Source: a bacterium
Lineage (GTDB): Bacteria; UBA8248
Direction: 5' to 3'
NCBI GenBank assembly: GCA_965213685.1
Contig: CBDBZY010000031.1
Span: 64,001-128,000 of the forward strand
Length of the DNA: 64,000 nt
This document shows, one piece after another, positions 19,686-30,572 of the stretch (within the stretch, counting starts at the first letter, position 1; every line of letters starts with the position of its first letter). The position numbers and the translations under genes are program-made. The notes beneath the pieces are model-generated. The model had not been told where the DNA came from. It did no database searches and saw nothing but the letters and a program-made list of their open reading frames with translations.

Positions 19686-20165
19686 TCAGAAAAATTCGAT
19701 CTTGATGACATCCACGATTTCAAAGTTTCGCACGCCGCCCGGAAGCCGCACCGTCACCTCGTCGCCAGGTGCTTTCCGCATGAGCCCGCGAGAGAGGGGC
19801 GCGCTGAAAGAGATGATTCCGTTGGGCAGGTCGCTCTCCTCCTCGCCCAGGATCTTGTAGGTAATCTCCTCTTCCCTGTCCAGGTCGAAAAGGGTGACCT
19901 GCGTCCCGATGGTGACCCTGTCGCCGGCGATGGGCAGATCCTCTATCACGCTCGCCTCGCGAATCTTGTCCATGATCCGGCTCACCTCGTTCTTCAGGTT
20001 GCCCTGCAGCTCGATGGCCGCCTCCCACTCGGCGTTCTCGCTCAAGTCGCCCAGACTCGCCGCCTTGCCGATCTCCTTCGACACCTCGTGCTTCAGGCGG
20101 TGCTGGATCGCCCCCACCTTCTGTCTCAGGCCCTCCAGACTCGCTTTGGTGATGTAATACGGCAT
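19686..20165 (-). CDS. greA: Transcription elongation factor GreA
   Basis: GDLSENAEW, ISFSAPLSRGLM. Confidence 0.92.
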   Translation of the reverse strand: MPYYITKASLEGLRQKVGAIQHRLKHEVSKEIGKAASLGDLSENAEWEAAIELQGNLKNEVSRIMDKIREASVIEDLPIAGDRVTIGTQVTLFDLDREEEITYKILGEEESDLPNGIISFSAPLSRGLMRKAPGDEVTVRLPGGVRNFEIVDVIKIEFF

Positions 20166-20209
20166 CTCTTCCTCATTCCGCGGGGGGTGAAATGATCCCA
20201 ACATGCGCC

Positions 20210-21127
20210 TCAGGCGCCCTCCGGTGCTTTCTCCTTCCATCCTTCCCGAAAATCATAGCCCGTCTCCTCCACGAACGCCTCTATCAGGCGCTTCGTGACG
20301 GGCCCCGGAACCCGCGCGCCGGGCCGGAAGCTGTCTATCGCGCGCACCGGCATGGCGCATATCGCGCTCGAGGTGATGAAATACTCGTCCGCCTGCGCCA
20401 AATCGTATGTCGTGATGCCCCTCTCCTCGAGCGGAATCCCCAGGCGCGCGGCCAGCTCGAACACCGCCAGGCGGGTCACTCCCTGCAACACGTTCCTCTC
20501 CGGCGGCGTCCAGAGAACGCCCTCTTTCACCATGAAGAAATTGGCCACCGAGTTTTCCGCCACGTTCCCGTATATGTCGAGCATCAAGGACAAGGAACCG
20601 GACGCCGCCGCGTCCAGCTCCGCGAGAATCTGATTCATCTTGCTCGTCACCTTCGCCCTCGTCTCCACGCACTCGGGCGGGTTGCGCCGCGTGGGCGTGA
20701 TCGCCAGGCGCACGCCGCTTGCGTAGCGCTCCGCGAAAGACGCGACGTCCACCGGCCGCCAGAATATGAACACCGAGGCCGGCCCCGCCGCGCCCGCCGC
20801 CATGGAGGGATCGTCGAGGCCGCGCGTCACCCAGTGGCCCACGCGGTACATGGCGCCCTCCTCGAGGCGGCACAGGTTGGACTCCAGAGTCGCCAGCGTG
20901 GCGCGCCTCATCTCCTCCTTGCCCAGCCCCGCGTCGATGCGGACGTATCTGAGCGACCGGTAGAGCCTGTCGAGATGATCGTCGAGCCGATAGAGCCTTC
21001 CCGCGAAACAGGGCGTGACCTCATACACCCCGTCTCCCCAGAGGAAGCCGCGGTCGAAGGGGGATATGCGGGCACTCCCCTCCTCGATAATCTCGCCGTT
21101 GAGATATACGAAACGATCGCCTGGCAT
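20210..21127 (-). CDS. Class IV aminotransferase (IlvE/D-amino acid type)
   Basis: DRGFLWGDGVYE, HLDRL, ENSVANFF, LQGVTR. Confidence 0.9.
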   Translation of the reverse strand: MPGDRFVYLNGEIIEEGSARISPFDRGFLWGDGVYEVTPCFAGRLYRLDDHLDRLYRSLRYVRIDAGLGKEEMRRATLATLESNLCRLEEGAMYRVGHWVTRGLDDPSMAAGAAGPASVFIFWRPVDVASFAERYASGVRLAITPTRRNPPECVETRAKVTSKMNQILAELDAAASGSLSLMLDIYGNVAENSVANFFMVKEGVLWTPPERNVLQGVTRLAVFELAARLGIPLEERGITTYDLAQADEYFITSSAICAMPVRAIDSFRPGARVPGPVTKRLIEAFVEETGYDFREGWKEKAPEGA

Positions 21128-21284
21128 CGGGCGCCTCTCCCGTCTGAATCAGCAAAAACGCGGGCGCGAAACAACGGGCGCAGCCGCGCGCGAAAAGGGG
21201 ACGTCGCTCTGCGCACCCCCGCATCTTACAGAGAAACCTTTCCGGAGAAAACGCAAGCTCCCCGCGCCGCAAGAAGGCGCCCGC

Positions 21285-22883
21285 TCAGCTCCTCTCCCCC
21301 CAGCCGCCGCCGCCCGGCGTCTCGAGGCGTATCCTGTCCCCGCATCTCGCCGAGAAGCGGGCCTTGCCGGAGAGCCGCCGGGTCTTGCGTCCGCTGATGA
21401 ACGAATTCCGGCCCCGCTTGCCCGGCTCCCCGCCCGCGAGGGGCCAGGGCGCCCTCTCGCGCCTCTCCGTCATGAACGAGACGGTGGCGTCGCCGAGCAG
21501 CTCGATCTCCCGAACGATGCCCTCGCCCCCGCGGTGCCTCCCCCGGCCGCCGCTGCCGCGGCGAACGGCGTAGCGGCTCACCCGAAACGGATAGGCGTGC
21601 TCGAGGGCCTCGATGGGCGTGTTCAGGGTGTTGGTCAGGTGGGTGTGAATCGCATCCTCCCCCGGCCCCCACGGCCCCGCGCCCATGCCGCCGCCCGTGG
21701 TCTCGTAATAGGCGTACGGGCGGCCCTGCCTGGGGCCGGGGCGATGGTCCGCCCCCCCTATCGTGAGGTTGTTCATCGTGCCGCAGGAGGCGGCGGGCAT
21801 CTTCTCCGGGCAGGCCTTTGCGAGCGCGCCGAGTATCGCGTCCACCATGCGCTGGCTCGTCTCGACGTTTCCGCCCGCGACGGCGGCGGGAAACTCCGCG
21901 TTCACCACCGTGCCCGCCGGCGCGATTACCTCGATGGGATTCATGCACCCCGAATTGTTCGGGATATCGTATGGCACCAGACAGCGGACGGCGTAGTACG
22001 CCGCCGTGCGGGCGATGGACTCCACCGCGTTGACGCTGCCCCGCGTCTGCGGGGCGGAGCCCGTGTAGTCCACGCGCATCCTGGGGCCGCGTATGGCGAT
22101 CTCCACCCGTATCGGCACGGGGCCGCTGCCGAAGCCGTCGTCATCCATGAAATCCTCGAAGCAATACCGCCCGTCCGGGATGTCCCGAATCACCGCTCTC
22201 GTCAGGCGCTCGGCATACCTTTGCAGCTCCGCGCCGTAGCGCAGCGTCTCGGCGAGGCCGTGGCGTTCGACGATCTCCAGAATCCTCCGCTCCCCCACGC
22301 GGTTCGCCGCGATTTGCGCGGCGATGTCCCCCCTCCGCTCCTCCGCCGTGCGCACGTTGGCGAGGATGAGGGACAAAACGTCCTCCTGCACCTCCCCCCG
22401 GCGCAGAAGTTTCACCGGCGGAATCACCACGCCGTCCTGAAATATCTCCGTCGTGATGCTCATCGAGCCGGGGGCGATGCCGCCCACGTCCGCATGATGC
22501 GCCCGGTTGGCGACGTAATAGATCAGCGCGTCCTCCCCTCCCTCCCCGGCGTATACGGGCGAGATCATCGTGATGTCGGGCAGGTGATTCCCCCCGTGGA
22601 ACGGGTCGTTCAGCACGACCACGTCGCCCGGCTCGAGCGTCATGCGCTCGATGACGTATTCCACGGACATCGGCATGGACCCCAGATGCGCGGGCAGGTG
22701 CGCCGCCTGGGCCGCCATCTGCCCCTTCGCGTCGAAGATGGCGCACGAGTAGTCTTTTCTCTCCTTGATGTTCGGGGAGAAGGAAGAGCGGCACAGCGCC
22801 ACGCCCATCTCCTCGGAGGCCGCGAACAGCAGGTTGCGAAAAACCTCCAGGAGCACCGGATCGTAGGAGGGCTTTTGGGCCAT
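21285..22883 (-). CDS. Hydantoinase B / oxoprolinase family subunit
   Basis: SPNIKERKDYSCA, NDPFHGGNHLPD, HHADVGG, NTPIEALE, TPGGGGWG. Confidence 0.93.
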   Translation of the reverse strand: MAQKPSYDPVLLEVFRNLLFAASEEMGVALCRSSFSPNIKERKDYSCAIFDAKGQMAAQAAHLPAHLGSMPMSVEYVIERMTLEPGDVVVLNDPFHGGNHLPDITMISPVYAGEGGEDALIYYVANRAHHADVGGIAPGSMSITTEIFQDGVVIPPVKLLRRGEVQEDVLSLILANVRTAEERRGDIAAQIAANRVGERRILEIVERHGLAETLRYGAELQRYAERLTRAVIRDIPDGRYCFEDFMDDDGFGSGPVPIRVEIAIRGPRMRVDYTGSAPQTRGSVNAVESIARTAAYYAVRCLVPYDIPNNSGCMNPIEVIAPAGTVVNAEFPAAVAGGNVETSQRMVDAILGALAKACPEKMPAASCGTMNNLTIGGADHRPGPRQGRPYAYYETTGGGMGAGPWGPGEDAIHTHLTNTLNTPIEALEHAYPFRVSRYAVRRGSGGRGRHRGGEGIVREIELLGDATVSFMTERRERAPWPLAGGEPGKRGRNSFISGRKTRRLSGKARFSARCGDRIRLETPGGGGWGERS

Positions 22884-22894
22884 CGCGGACCCCC

Positions 22895-24916
22895 TCACCC
22901 GAGGTTCTTCAAGATGAGATTGCCCCAGTCGTCCACCCGGCACTCCCAGCCCGGGGAGACGACCGTCGTGGCGCTGAACTCGCACGCCAGCGCCGGGCCC
23001 AGGAGGCGGTGGCCGGGAGAGAGCGCCTCCCGCGCATACACGAGGCCCTCGACTTCTCTCCCCCGAAAAACCATGCGCTGCTTTCCTGAGAGGGCGCGAG
23101 AAACGCTTTCCTGACCACCGGGGAGCCGCCTCATCGGCAGGCGCTCCACCTCCCCGACTGCGCGCACCCTGAGCGTCACGATCTCGACGGGGCTATCGGG
23201 GCTGGCGGTGCCGAACCGCTCATCGTGCAACCTGTCGAACGCCTCCCGCAGGCTCTGGCGAACGTCGGCGCCCGCCTCCTCGGGCCGATAGGGAAGCGTC
23301 AACTCGTAGGATTGCCCGAGATAGCGCATATCGATGAAGAACGAAAAGGAGGGGCGGCGAAAACCCTCGCGCCGCAACTCCTCGCGTCCCTGGCGCCGCA
23401 AGGGGGCGAAACGCCGCGCGAGGGATTTCTTGCTCACCTCGCCGAGCGGCAGCAGCACCGTTCTCGCGTAGTCTTTCACCACGTCCGCCGTCAGCATCCC
23501 CCGGGCGGAGAGAATCCCCGGGGCGTTGGGCACGACGACGTGCGGAATCCCGAGTATCTCCGCCAAGGAGCAGGCGTGCATCGCGCCCGCACCCCCGAAG
23601 GAGATCAGGGCGAACTCGCGCGGGTCGTGCCCCCGCTCCACGCTGATCAGGCGAATCGCGCGGGCCATGTGCTGGTTCGCCACGCGGACGACGCCCTCCG
23701 CCGCCTGCCGGGCGTCAAGGCGCAGGGACTTCGCGAGGCGCGCGACGCCGGCCTTCACCGACCGCGCGTCGAGGCGCATCCTCCCGCCCAGGAATTGCGC
23801 GGGATCGAGGCGGCCGAGAAAGAGGTTCGCATCCGTCACGGTAACCGCGCTTCCCTTGCCGTAGCATATGGGGCCCGGGTCCGCGCCCGCACTCTCCGGG
23901 CCGACGGCCAGCGCACCGCCCGGATCCACCCGGGCGATGGAGCCGCCTCCCGCACCCACCGTGTGGATGTCGATGAGGGGAGTCCGAATCGGACAGCCGG
24001 CCACCTCCGTCTCCGAGGTGAAGCCGATGCCGCCATGCAGCAGGGACACGTCCGTGCTCGTTCCCCCCATGTCGAACGCGATCGCATTTTCAAACCCCGT
24101 CCTGCGCGCCACCTCACAGGCGCCCACGACGCCGCCTGCGGGGCCGGACAAAATCGTTCGCACGGCCTCCTCGCCCGCCGTCCCGCTCGAGATGACGCCG
24201 CCGTTGCTCTGCATGACCCGCAGGCGCCCGGAATCGAGACGCGCCTCCAGCCCCTTCAGGTATCCGCGCATCATCGGGGACACGTAGGCGTTCACGCACG
24301 TGGTGCTCGTCCGCTCGTATTCCCTGAACTCGGGAAGCACGCGGCTGGACATCGACACGTGAACGCCGCCTTGCCCGACGGCCTCCGCCACGGCCTCCTC
24401 GTGAGAGGGGTTGGCGTAGGAGTGGAGCAGACAGATGGCGACGGACTCGACGCCCGCCCTCTCGAGCCTTTGCCTGAGCTTCTCCAGGGACGCGCGATCG
24501 AGGGGGAGTATCTCGCCGCCCCTCTCGTCTAGGCGCTCCGCCACGCCCATCCGAAGGCTCCTCGGCACCAGGGCGGATGGCCTGCGATACGCCAGATTGT
24601 ACAGCTCCTTGCGGTTCTGGCGGCCAATCTCTATCACGTCCTCAAAGCCGGCGGTCGTCACGAGGGCGGTTTTCGCCCCCCGGCGGGTGAGCAGGGCGTT
24701 CGTCGCCACGGTGGAGCCGTGGGTGACGTCCAGGAGGGCGCAGCCGTCCTCCAGAATCTCGTCCAGCCCCCGGAGGATGGCGCGCTCGGGCGCGTCGGGC
24801 GTGGAGAGCACCTTGTGGACCCGGACCCGAACGCCATCAAACGAGATGAAGTCGGTGAACGTCCCGCCGGTGTCCACGCCGACGCGAAGCGTATTCCCCT
24901 CCCGCCCGGGCATCAT
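22895..24916 (-). CDS. Hydantoinase A / oxoprolinase family subunit
   Basis: GVDTGGTFTD, HGSTVATN, SGPAGG, DMGGTSTD, GAGGGS, FGGAG. Confidence 0.94.
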   Translation of the reverse strand: MMPGREGNTLRVGVDTGGTFTDFISFDGVRVRVHKVLSTPDAPERAILRGLDEILEDGCALLDVTHGSTVATNALLTRRGAKTALVTTAGFEDVIEIGRQNRKELYNLAYRRPSALVPRSLRMGVAERLDERGGEILPLDRASLEKLRQRLERAGVESVAICLLHSYANPSHEEAVAEAVGQGGVHVSMSSRVLPEFREYERTSTTCVNAYVSPMMRGYLKGLEARLDSGRLRVMQSNGGVISSGTAGEEAVRTILSGPAGGVVGACEVARRTGFENAIAFDMGGTSTDVSLLHGGIGFTSETEVAGCPIRTPLIDIHTVGAGGGSIARVDPGGALAVGPESAGADPGPICYGKGSAVTVTDANLFLGRLDPAQFLGGRMRLDARSVKAGVARLAKSLRLDARQAAEGVVRVANQHMARAIRLISVERGHDPREFALISFGGAGAMHACSLAEILGIPHVVVPNAPGILSARGMLTADVVKDYARTVLLPLGEVSKKSLARRFAPLRRQGREELRREGFRRPSFSFFIDMRYLGQSYELTLPYRPEEAGADVRQSLREAFDRLHDERFGTASPDSPVEIVTLRVRAVGEVERLPMRRLPGGQESVSRALSGKQRMVFRGREVEGLVYAREALSPGHRLLGPALACEFSATTVVSPGWECRVDDWGNLILKNLG

Positions 24917-25923
24917 CTCCTCCTGTTCGCCCAGGCTTCGGGGTTCAGCAGATCGGGAGGGCGCCTGCCGCGCAGGTAGGTTTTCACGTTTCGCACCACG
25001 CGCGCCGAGACGGCCTGGCGCCCCCGATCGGTGTTCGTCCCCAGGTGGGGCATCATGACGACGTTCCGCATCCGCAGGAGTTCCGGGCGCGGGTTCGGCT
25101 CGCGCTCGAAGACGTCCAGCCCCGCTCCGCCGAGACGCCCTGCGCGCAACGCCTCGACGAGGGCCTCCTCATCCAGAACGGCGCCCCGGGCGGTATTGAT
25201 GAGCACCGCCCCCTTTTTCATGCGGGCGAACTGCTCCGCACCGAGGAGGTGATGCGTGGCGTCGCTCAGGGGCACATGCACGCTCAGGAAATCCGCCTCC
25301 CCCAGAAGCCTGCGAAAAGAGCGATACGAGACGCCCAGCTCCCTCTCCTCCCTCGGGCTTTTCCTGTTTCGGCTCCAGTAGCGGACCCGCATGCCGAACG
25401 CGCCCGCCATGCGCGCCACGGCGCAGCCGATGCGGCCCAGGCCGACGACCCCCAGCACCCTTCCCTCCAGGCCCAGGCCCTCGAACAGCGTGGGCGTCCA
25501 GCCCTTCCACCTCCCCGCCCGGACGTATCCGTCCGCCTCCACCACGCGCCTGCTCACCGCCAGCAGGAGCGCCATGGCGCATTCGGCGGTGGGCGCCGTA
25601 ACGACGCCGGGCGTGTTCGTGGCGAGGATGCCGCGCCTCGTCGCCTCCGCCATGTCGATGTTGTTGAAGCCGACTCCGCAGTTGGCGATCAGCCGGAGGC
25701 GCGGCGCCTCCGCCAGCAAATCCGCCCCGACGCCGTCTCCCACCATCGAGATGAGGACGTTCGCATGGCGCAACGCCCGCCCGTAGGCGTCCGGGGACGG
25801 ACGCGCTTCCTCCTCGTGCATGACCAGCTCGCTGCACTGGCGCAACTCTTCAAAATGGCCGGGGGGAAACCTCCGGGAGAGGAACACGCGCGGGAGGAGG
25901 CCGGGGGACGCCGCGCCGCTCAT
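24913..25923 (-). CDS. D-glycerate dehydrogenase/glyoxylate reductase family
   Basis: GVGFNNID, GLGRIG, INTARG, LDVFEREP, PHLG. Confidence 0.9.
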   Translation of the reverse strand: MSGAASPGLLPRVFLSRRFPPGHFEELRQCSELVMHEEEARPSPDAYGRALRHANVLISMVGDGVGADLLAEAPRLRLIANCGVGFNNIDMAEATRRGILATNTPGVVTAPTAECAMALLLAVSRRVVEADGYVRAGRWKGWTPTLFEGLGLEGRVLGVVGLGRIGCAVARMAGAFGMRVRYWSRNRKSPREERELGVSYRSFRRLLGEADFLSVHVPLSDATHHLLGAEQFARMKKGAVLINTARGAVLDEEALVEALRAGRLGGAGLDVFEREPNPRPELLRMRNVVMMPHLGTNTDRGRQAVSARVVRNVKTYLRGRRPPDLLNPEAWANRRR

Positions 25924-27089
25924 GGTCCCAGCTGCTTCACGGCCTGTGCGATGCGGTCGACCGCCCGCTCGAGATTCTCCACGCTGTTGGCGAAGCACAT
26001 GCGCAGGTGGCCTTCCGCATGGACGCCGAAGGCGGAGCCGGGCAGAGTCGCCACGCCCGCCTCGTCGAGAAGATAGTCGGCGAAATCATTCGCGCTCATG
26101 GGAATCCGGCTCACGTTGGGAAACGCGTAGAAAGCACCGGCGGGGTATCGGCAGGATATTCCCTCCACCTCGTTGAGGCCCGCGATGAATATATCCCGAC
26201 GACGCCGGAAATCATCCATCATGGCGCGGCTTTCGGACTGATCCTCCAAAAGCCCCCGCGCACCTGCCAGCTGGATGAAGGGGGGCACGCAGCTCACCGA
26301 GTTCGTGATGAGCTGGGCGAGCGGTGCGGCGAGGGCGGCGGGAGCGGCGACGAAGCCCAGCCGCCAGCCCGTCATGGCGTATGTTTTCGAGAACGTCTCG
26401 AGCAGGATCGTCCGCTCCCGCATGCCGGGCAGCGTGCCCAGGGAGGTGTGCTCCCCCTCGAAAAGCATGTGGGCATACACCTCGTCCGACAAGACGATGA
26501 GGTCGTTTTCCACCGCGATGGCGGCAATCGCCTCCAGCTCGTTTCTCGTCAACGTCCCGCCGGTGGGGTTGTGCGGATAATTCAGGATGAGGAGGCGGGT
26601 GTTCTCGGTGACGCGCGCGCGCAGATCCTCCGGTGCGAACCGAAAGTCGTTCTCCTCCAGTATCGGCAGCGGTACGGGCCGCGCACCCGCATAGAGCGTC
26701 ACGGACTCATAGACCGGAAAACCCGGGTCCGGGTAAATCACCTCATCGCCCGGCCCGGCCGTGGCCATGATGGCGTAGTACAAAAACGGCTTTCCGCCCG
26801 GGCCGACGACGATCTCCTCCGGCGAATAATTCCCGCGCCCGTCGCGCGCGAGCCACGCGCAGGCGGCTTCCCTGAGCACCGGCAAGCCGGCGGACGGGCA
26901 ATAGTGCGTCTGGCCCGACTTCAGCTGCGCGTACGCCTCCTCCACGATGCTCGAAGGCGTGTCAAAATCGGTATCGCCGATTTCCAGGTGGATGATGTCC
27001 CGGCCCCGACGCTCCATCTCGTTCGCCCGGGCCAGAACCACGAACGAACTTTCGGTCTTGAGCAATTTCATGCGATCGGCCAGGCGCAT
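25920..27089 (-). CDS. Class I/II PLP aminotransferase (aspartate aminotransferase-like)
   Basis: NYPHNPTG, SDEVY, FSKTYAMTGWRLG. Confidence 0.93.
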   Translation of the reverse strand: MRLADRMKLLKTESSFVVLARANEMERRGRDIIHLEIGDTDFDTPSSIVEEAYAQLKSGQTHYCPSAGLPVLREAACAWLARDGRGNYSPEEIVVGPGGKPFLYYAIMATAGPGDEVIYPDPGFPVYESVTLYAGARPVPLPILEENDFRFAPEDLRARVTENTRLLILNYPHNPTGGTLTRNELEAIAAIAVENDLIVLSDEVYAHMLFEGEHTSLGTLPGMRERTILLETFSKTYAMTGWRLGFVAAPAALAAPLAQLITNSVSCVPPFIQLAGARGLLEDQSESRAMMDDFRRRRDIFIAGLNEVEGISCRYPAGAFYAFPNVSRIPMSANDFADYLLDEAGVATLPGSAFGVHAEGHLRMCFANSVENLERAVDRIAQAVKQLGP

Positions 27090-27107
27090 TCGACATCCTC
27101 GTTTTTT

Positions 27108-27713
27108 TCAGGTCACCGGGCGGGAGGCGCCCTCTTCGAGAACACCACACCTCATCAACATATTCAACGCTTCGGGTATCGGCAGGCCCACGACGTTGGT
27201 ATAGCTCCCCTCCACCCTGTCCACCAGGCTCCCCCCGAGACCCTGGATGGCGTACGCCCCCGCCTTGCCCATCGGCTCGCCGCTCCCCACGTAGCGCCGG
27301 GCGGTCGCCTCGTCCACCTCCCGAAAGCGCACCCTGGTGGTCACCGCCCCCTCGCGCCGAAAGTCCGCTCCGAGGAGCGCGAACGCGGTGATCACCCGGT
27401 GGGTTCGCCCCGAAAGCGTCATCAGCATGTCCAGGGCCTCCTCCCCGCCGGACGGCTTTCCGAGGATTCTCCCGTCGAGTGCCACCACGGTGTCGGCGGC
27501 GAGCACGAACGCGCCCGGGGACCTCCCCGCCACGAAATCCGCCTTGGCGCGCGCGCGGCGCCGGGCCTCGGCTTCGGCCCCGAGACCCGGCGCAACGCCT
27601 TCCTCCACCCCCGGAGGCGGCCGGACGACGTCGAACGCAAGGCCCGCATCCTCGAGAAGCCGCTTTCTGCGCGGGGAGCCTGAAGCCAGGATAAAGTGCT
27701 GAACCTGCCGCAA
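27108..27713 (-). CDS. maf: Maf family NTP pyrophosphatase
   Basis: LASGSPRR, ADTVV, LGKP, KAGAYAIQG, NVVGLP. Confidence 0.93.
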   Translation of the reverse strand: MRQVQHFILASGSPRRKRLLEDAGLAFDVVRPPPGVEEGVAPGLGAEAEARRRARAKADFVAGRSPGAFVLAADTVVALDGRILGKPSGGEEALDMLMTLSGRTHRVITAFALLGADFRREGAVTTRVRFREVDEATARRYVGSGEPMGKAGAYAIQGLGGSLVDRVEGSYTNVVGLPIPEALNMLMRCGVLEEGASRPVT

Positions 27714-27734
27714 AATCAGACCGAAGGGGGGCTG

Positions 27735-28712
27735 CTAGCTGTCCCGATCCACAACGTAGTCGGCCATGGCGCGCAGCGCGTCGACATGGGGGGAGTCGGG
27801 CAAGACGGTGAGGGCCGCCTTTCCCGCCTCCACGTATCCCCGGGCCCTGTCGAGGGTGTAGTCCACCGCCCGGTATTTGTTCATCAGCCCGAGAATGTAT
27901 TCCATATCCTCCGGGCGAATCTCCCCCGCGTGAACGACGAGGTGATTCAGCCTCTCCAGCTCCGAGTCCGCCGCTTGGGCGCAAACCTTCAGCAGGGGCA
28001 GCGTGACGTTCCCCTCCTGCAAATCCCCGCCCACGGATTTCCCCGTTCTCTGCGCGTCTCCCATGTAGTCGAGGGCGTCGTCGACGAGCTGAAAGGCGTA
28101 TCCGATCTGGACGCCAAACTGGTGGAGCGCGTCCACGAATATGGGCGGGCTGTCGGGTATCAAGGCGCCCACCCGGCAACTCGCGGCGATGAGCGTCGCC
28201 GTCTTCCGATAGACGACGTCCAGATACTCCTCCTCCTTCAGCTGGAGGTTGTACATGTTCACCAGCTGAAGCACCTCGCCTTCGGAGAGGAGGTTGCAGG
28301 CCTCGCTCATGGTTTTCATGATCCGGCCGTCGGCGTCGGACGCCATGAGCGAAAAACTCCTGGCGAACAGAAAATCCCCCACCAGGACGCTCGCCTCGTT
28401 GCTCCACTTGAAGTTGGCGGACGGGTTGCCCCGCCGCATCTTCGCCTCATCCACCACGTCATCATGAAGCAGCGTGGCCGTATGGATGTACTCCACCACG
28501 CACCCCATCGTCGTGGCGCGCGCACCCTCGTAGCCGCAGGCCTTGGCGGCAAGCAGCAGGAGCACCGGCCGAAGCCTCTTGCCCCCCGATCCGATGAGGT
28601 ACCCGCTCACATCAGGGATCAAGACGACGTCCGAATGAAAATTCGACTGAATCGCCTCCTCCACATCGTCGAGTTCAGAGGCGATGGAATCCACAATTTC
28701 AGAAAATTTCAT
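27735..28712 (-). CDS. ispB: Long-chain polyprenyl diphosphate synthase
   Basis: SGGKRLRP, ATLLHDDVVD, VLVGDFL, FQLVDDALD. Confidence 0.9.
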   Translation of the reverse strand: MKFSEIVDSIASELDDVEEAIQSNFHSDVVLIPDVSGYLIGSGGKRLRPVLLLLAAKACGYEGARATTMGCVVEYIHTATLLHDDVVDEAKMRRGNPSANFKWSNEASVLVGDFLFARSFSLMASDADGRIMKTMSEACNLLSEGEVLQLVNMYNLQLKEEEYLDVVYRKTATLIAASCRVGALIPDSPPIFVDALHQFGVQIGYAFQLVDDALDYMGDAQRTGKSVGGDLQEGNVTLPLLKVCAQAADSELERLNHLVVHAGEIRPEDMEYILGLMNKYRAVDYTLDRARGYVEAGKAALTVLPDSPHVDALRAMADYVVDRDS

Positions 28713-28931
28713 TCCACCCCCGACACACGGGCAAAACGATGCAAATGAAAAGCCTCATTCCCATTCTGCGGGCCCATTTTGCGGCCATCTCCCCCCATCA
28801 AGCGCAGGACAATCTATGGGGCGCGCGCAGGGCTGTCAAGGGATTCCGGCCTCTCTTTCCCTCCAGGCACAGCTCGGCTATGTTGCCAGAGGCGGGACAC
28901 AACCATCAAACCACCCGGGAGAACCCTGATT

Positions 28932-29309
28932 GTGGGCAGGAAAATCCGGATCGCAGTCGGCGGCCTGAAGATGAAAGCAGAACTCGGGGAGGGCGAAACC
29001 GCGAACCTCCTGTGGGAGGCTTTGCCGATCCACGGCGCGGCGAACGTCTGGGGCGAGGAAATATATTTCCCGATTCCCGTGGAGGCGGGGGCGGAGGATT
29101 CCGCGCGGGAGGAGATGGAGGCCGGCAAGATCGCCTACTGGCCGCCGGGCCGCGCATTTTGCATCTTCTTTGGCCGCACCCCGGCGAGCGTGGACGACGC
29201 CCCCCGCGCGGCCAGCCCCGTGAACCCGCTGGGGCGGGTGGACGGCGACCCCGGGGATTTCCTGGCCATCCGCCCGGGGGAGGAGGTGCGCCTGGAAAGA
29301 GCCCCATGA
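28932..29309 (+). CDS. Cyclophilin-like fold protein (DUF369/TM1367-like)
   Basis: WGEEIYF, IAYWPPG.AFCIFFG.TP, ASPVN. Confidence 0.85.
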   Translation: MGRKIRIAVGGLKMKAELGEGETANLLWEALPIHGAANVWGEEIYFPIPVEAGAEDSAREEMEAGKIAYWPPGRAFCIFFGRTPASVDDAPRAASPVNPLGRVDGDPGDFLAIRPGEEVRLERAP

Positions 29310-30559
29310 ACGCCGGCGCGTCGAGGGGGGCCTGCATCGTCCTGCACTACAACGAGATTGGCCTCAAGGGGAAGAATCGCCCGCTCTTCATCGAACGCCT
29401 CGCCGACAGGGTCGGGCGCGCAGCCTCCCTGTTTTGCGAGGCGCGCGTCCAGAAACGCACCGGAAGGCTGGTTCTGGAGACGGCCGACCTCCAGTATCCC
29501 GCCGCCCTGATCGACGCGCTCCGCAAGGTATTCGGCCTGGCCTATTTCGCCCGGGCGCGGAGAATTCCGCTCGATCCGGACGCGGCGGCCAGGACGGCGC
29601 TGGAGATGATCTCCCCCCTGAAAATCGGGAGTTTCCGGGTGCGCACCCGAAAATCGTTTCCCTCCACGCCCATCAGCGCGCGGGAGTGGGACAGGGCCAT
29701 CGGCGCCAGGATTCAGGCCAGAAGGCATTTGCCGGTGGATCTGGAGCGGCCCGGGCTCACGGTGCACGTCGAGGCCATCCCCCGGGAAGCCTGGGTGTAT
29801 GTGGAGAAGATACCGGGGCCGGGCGGTCTGCCCGTCGGCTCGGTCGGCAAAGTGGTCGCGCTGCTCTCGGGCGGCATCGACTCCCCCCTCGCCGCCTGGC
29901 GCATCATGAAGCGCGGCTGCGAGGCGGCCTTCGTCCACTTTCACGGCGCCCCCTACCTCAGCCGCGCGTCCGCCGAGAAGGCGCAGGATCTCGCCCGGGT
30001 GCTCAACCGCTACCAGTGGGGCAGCAGGCTCTACATGGTCCCGTTCGGAGACCTGCAAAAGGAGGTCGTCCTCGCCACGCGGCCCGAATACCGCGTCGTC
30101 CTCTACCGCCGGTTCATGGCGCGCATCGCCGAGCGGATAGCCGAACGCGAGAACGCCCGCGCCCTGGTCACCGGGGAGAGCCTGGGCCAGGTGGCGAGCC
30201 AGACGCTTCAGAACCTGGTCGCCATCGAGGATGCGGTGCGCCTCCCGATGCTGCGGCCCCTCATCGGCATGGACAAGGAGGAGATCATCGAACAGGCCAG
30301 GCGCATCGACACGTTCGACATCTCCATCGAGCCCGACCAGGACTGCTGCTCGTTGTTCGTGCCCAAGCACCCGGCGATACGCTCCCACGCGGGGCACCTG
30401 CGCGGGCTCGAATCACGCATGGACGTTGACGGGATGATCGAAAGGGCACTCGGTGCGACAGACGTCATCGAACTGGACCCGGAGGGGCGGACGCGAAAAG
30501 CCCCCCTCGTCCGCATCCGTTCCGCCGCCGGGGAGGCGCCCGTCCCGCGGGAGGCGTGA
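29306..30559 (+). CDS. thiI: tRNA 4-thiouridine synthase ThiI
   Basis: YNEIGLKGKNR, GPGGLPVG, LLSGGIDS, GESLGQVASQT, DCC. Confidence 0.94.
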   Translation: MNAGASRGACIVLHYNEIGLKGKNRPLFIERLADRVGRAASLFCEARVQKRTGRLVLETADLQYPAALIDALRKVFGLAYFARARRIPLDPDAAARTALEMISPLKIGSFRVRTRKSFPSTPISAREWDRAIGARIQARRHLPVDLERPGLTVHVEAIPREAWVYVEKIPGPGGLPVGSVGKVVALLSGGIDSPLAAWRIMKRGCEAAFVHFHGAPYLSRASAEKAQDLARVLNRYQWGSRLYMVPFGDLQKEVVLATRPEYRVVLYRRFMARIAERIAERENARALVTGESLGQVASQTLQNLVAIEDAVRLPMLRPLIGMDKEEIIEQARRIDTFDISIEPDQDCCSLFVPKHPAIRSHAGHLRGLESRMDVDGMIERALGATDVIELDPEGRTRKAPLVRIRSAAGEAPVPREA

Positions 30560-30572
30560 GGGTGCGGGCTCG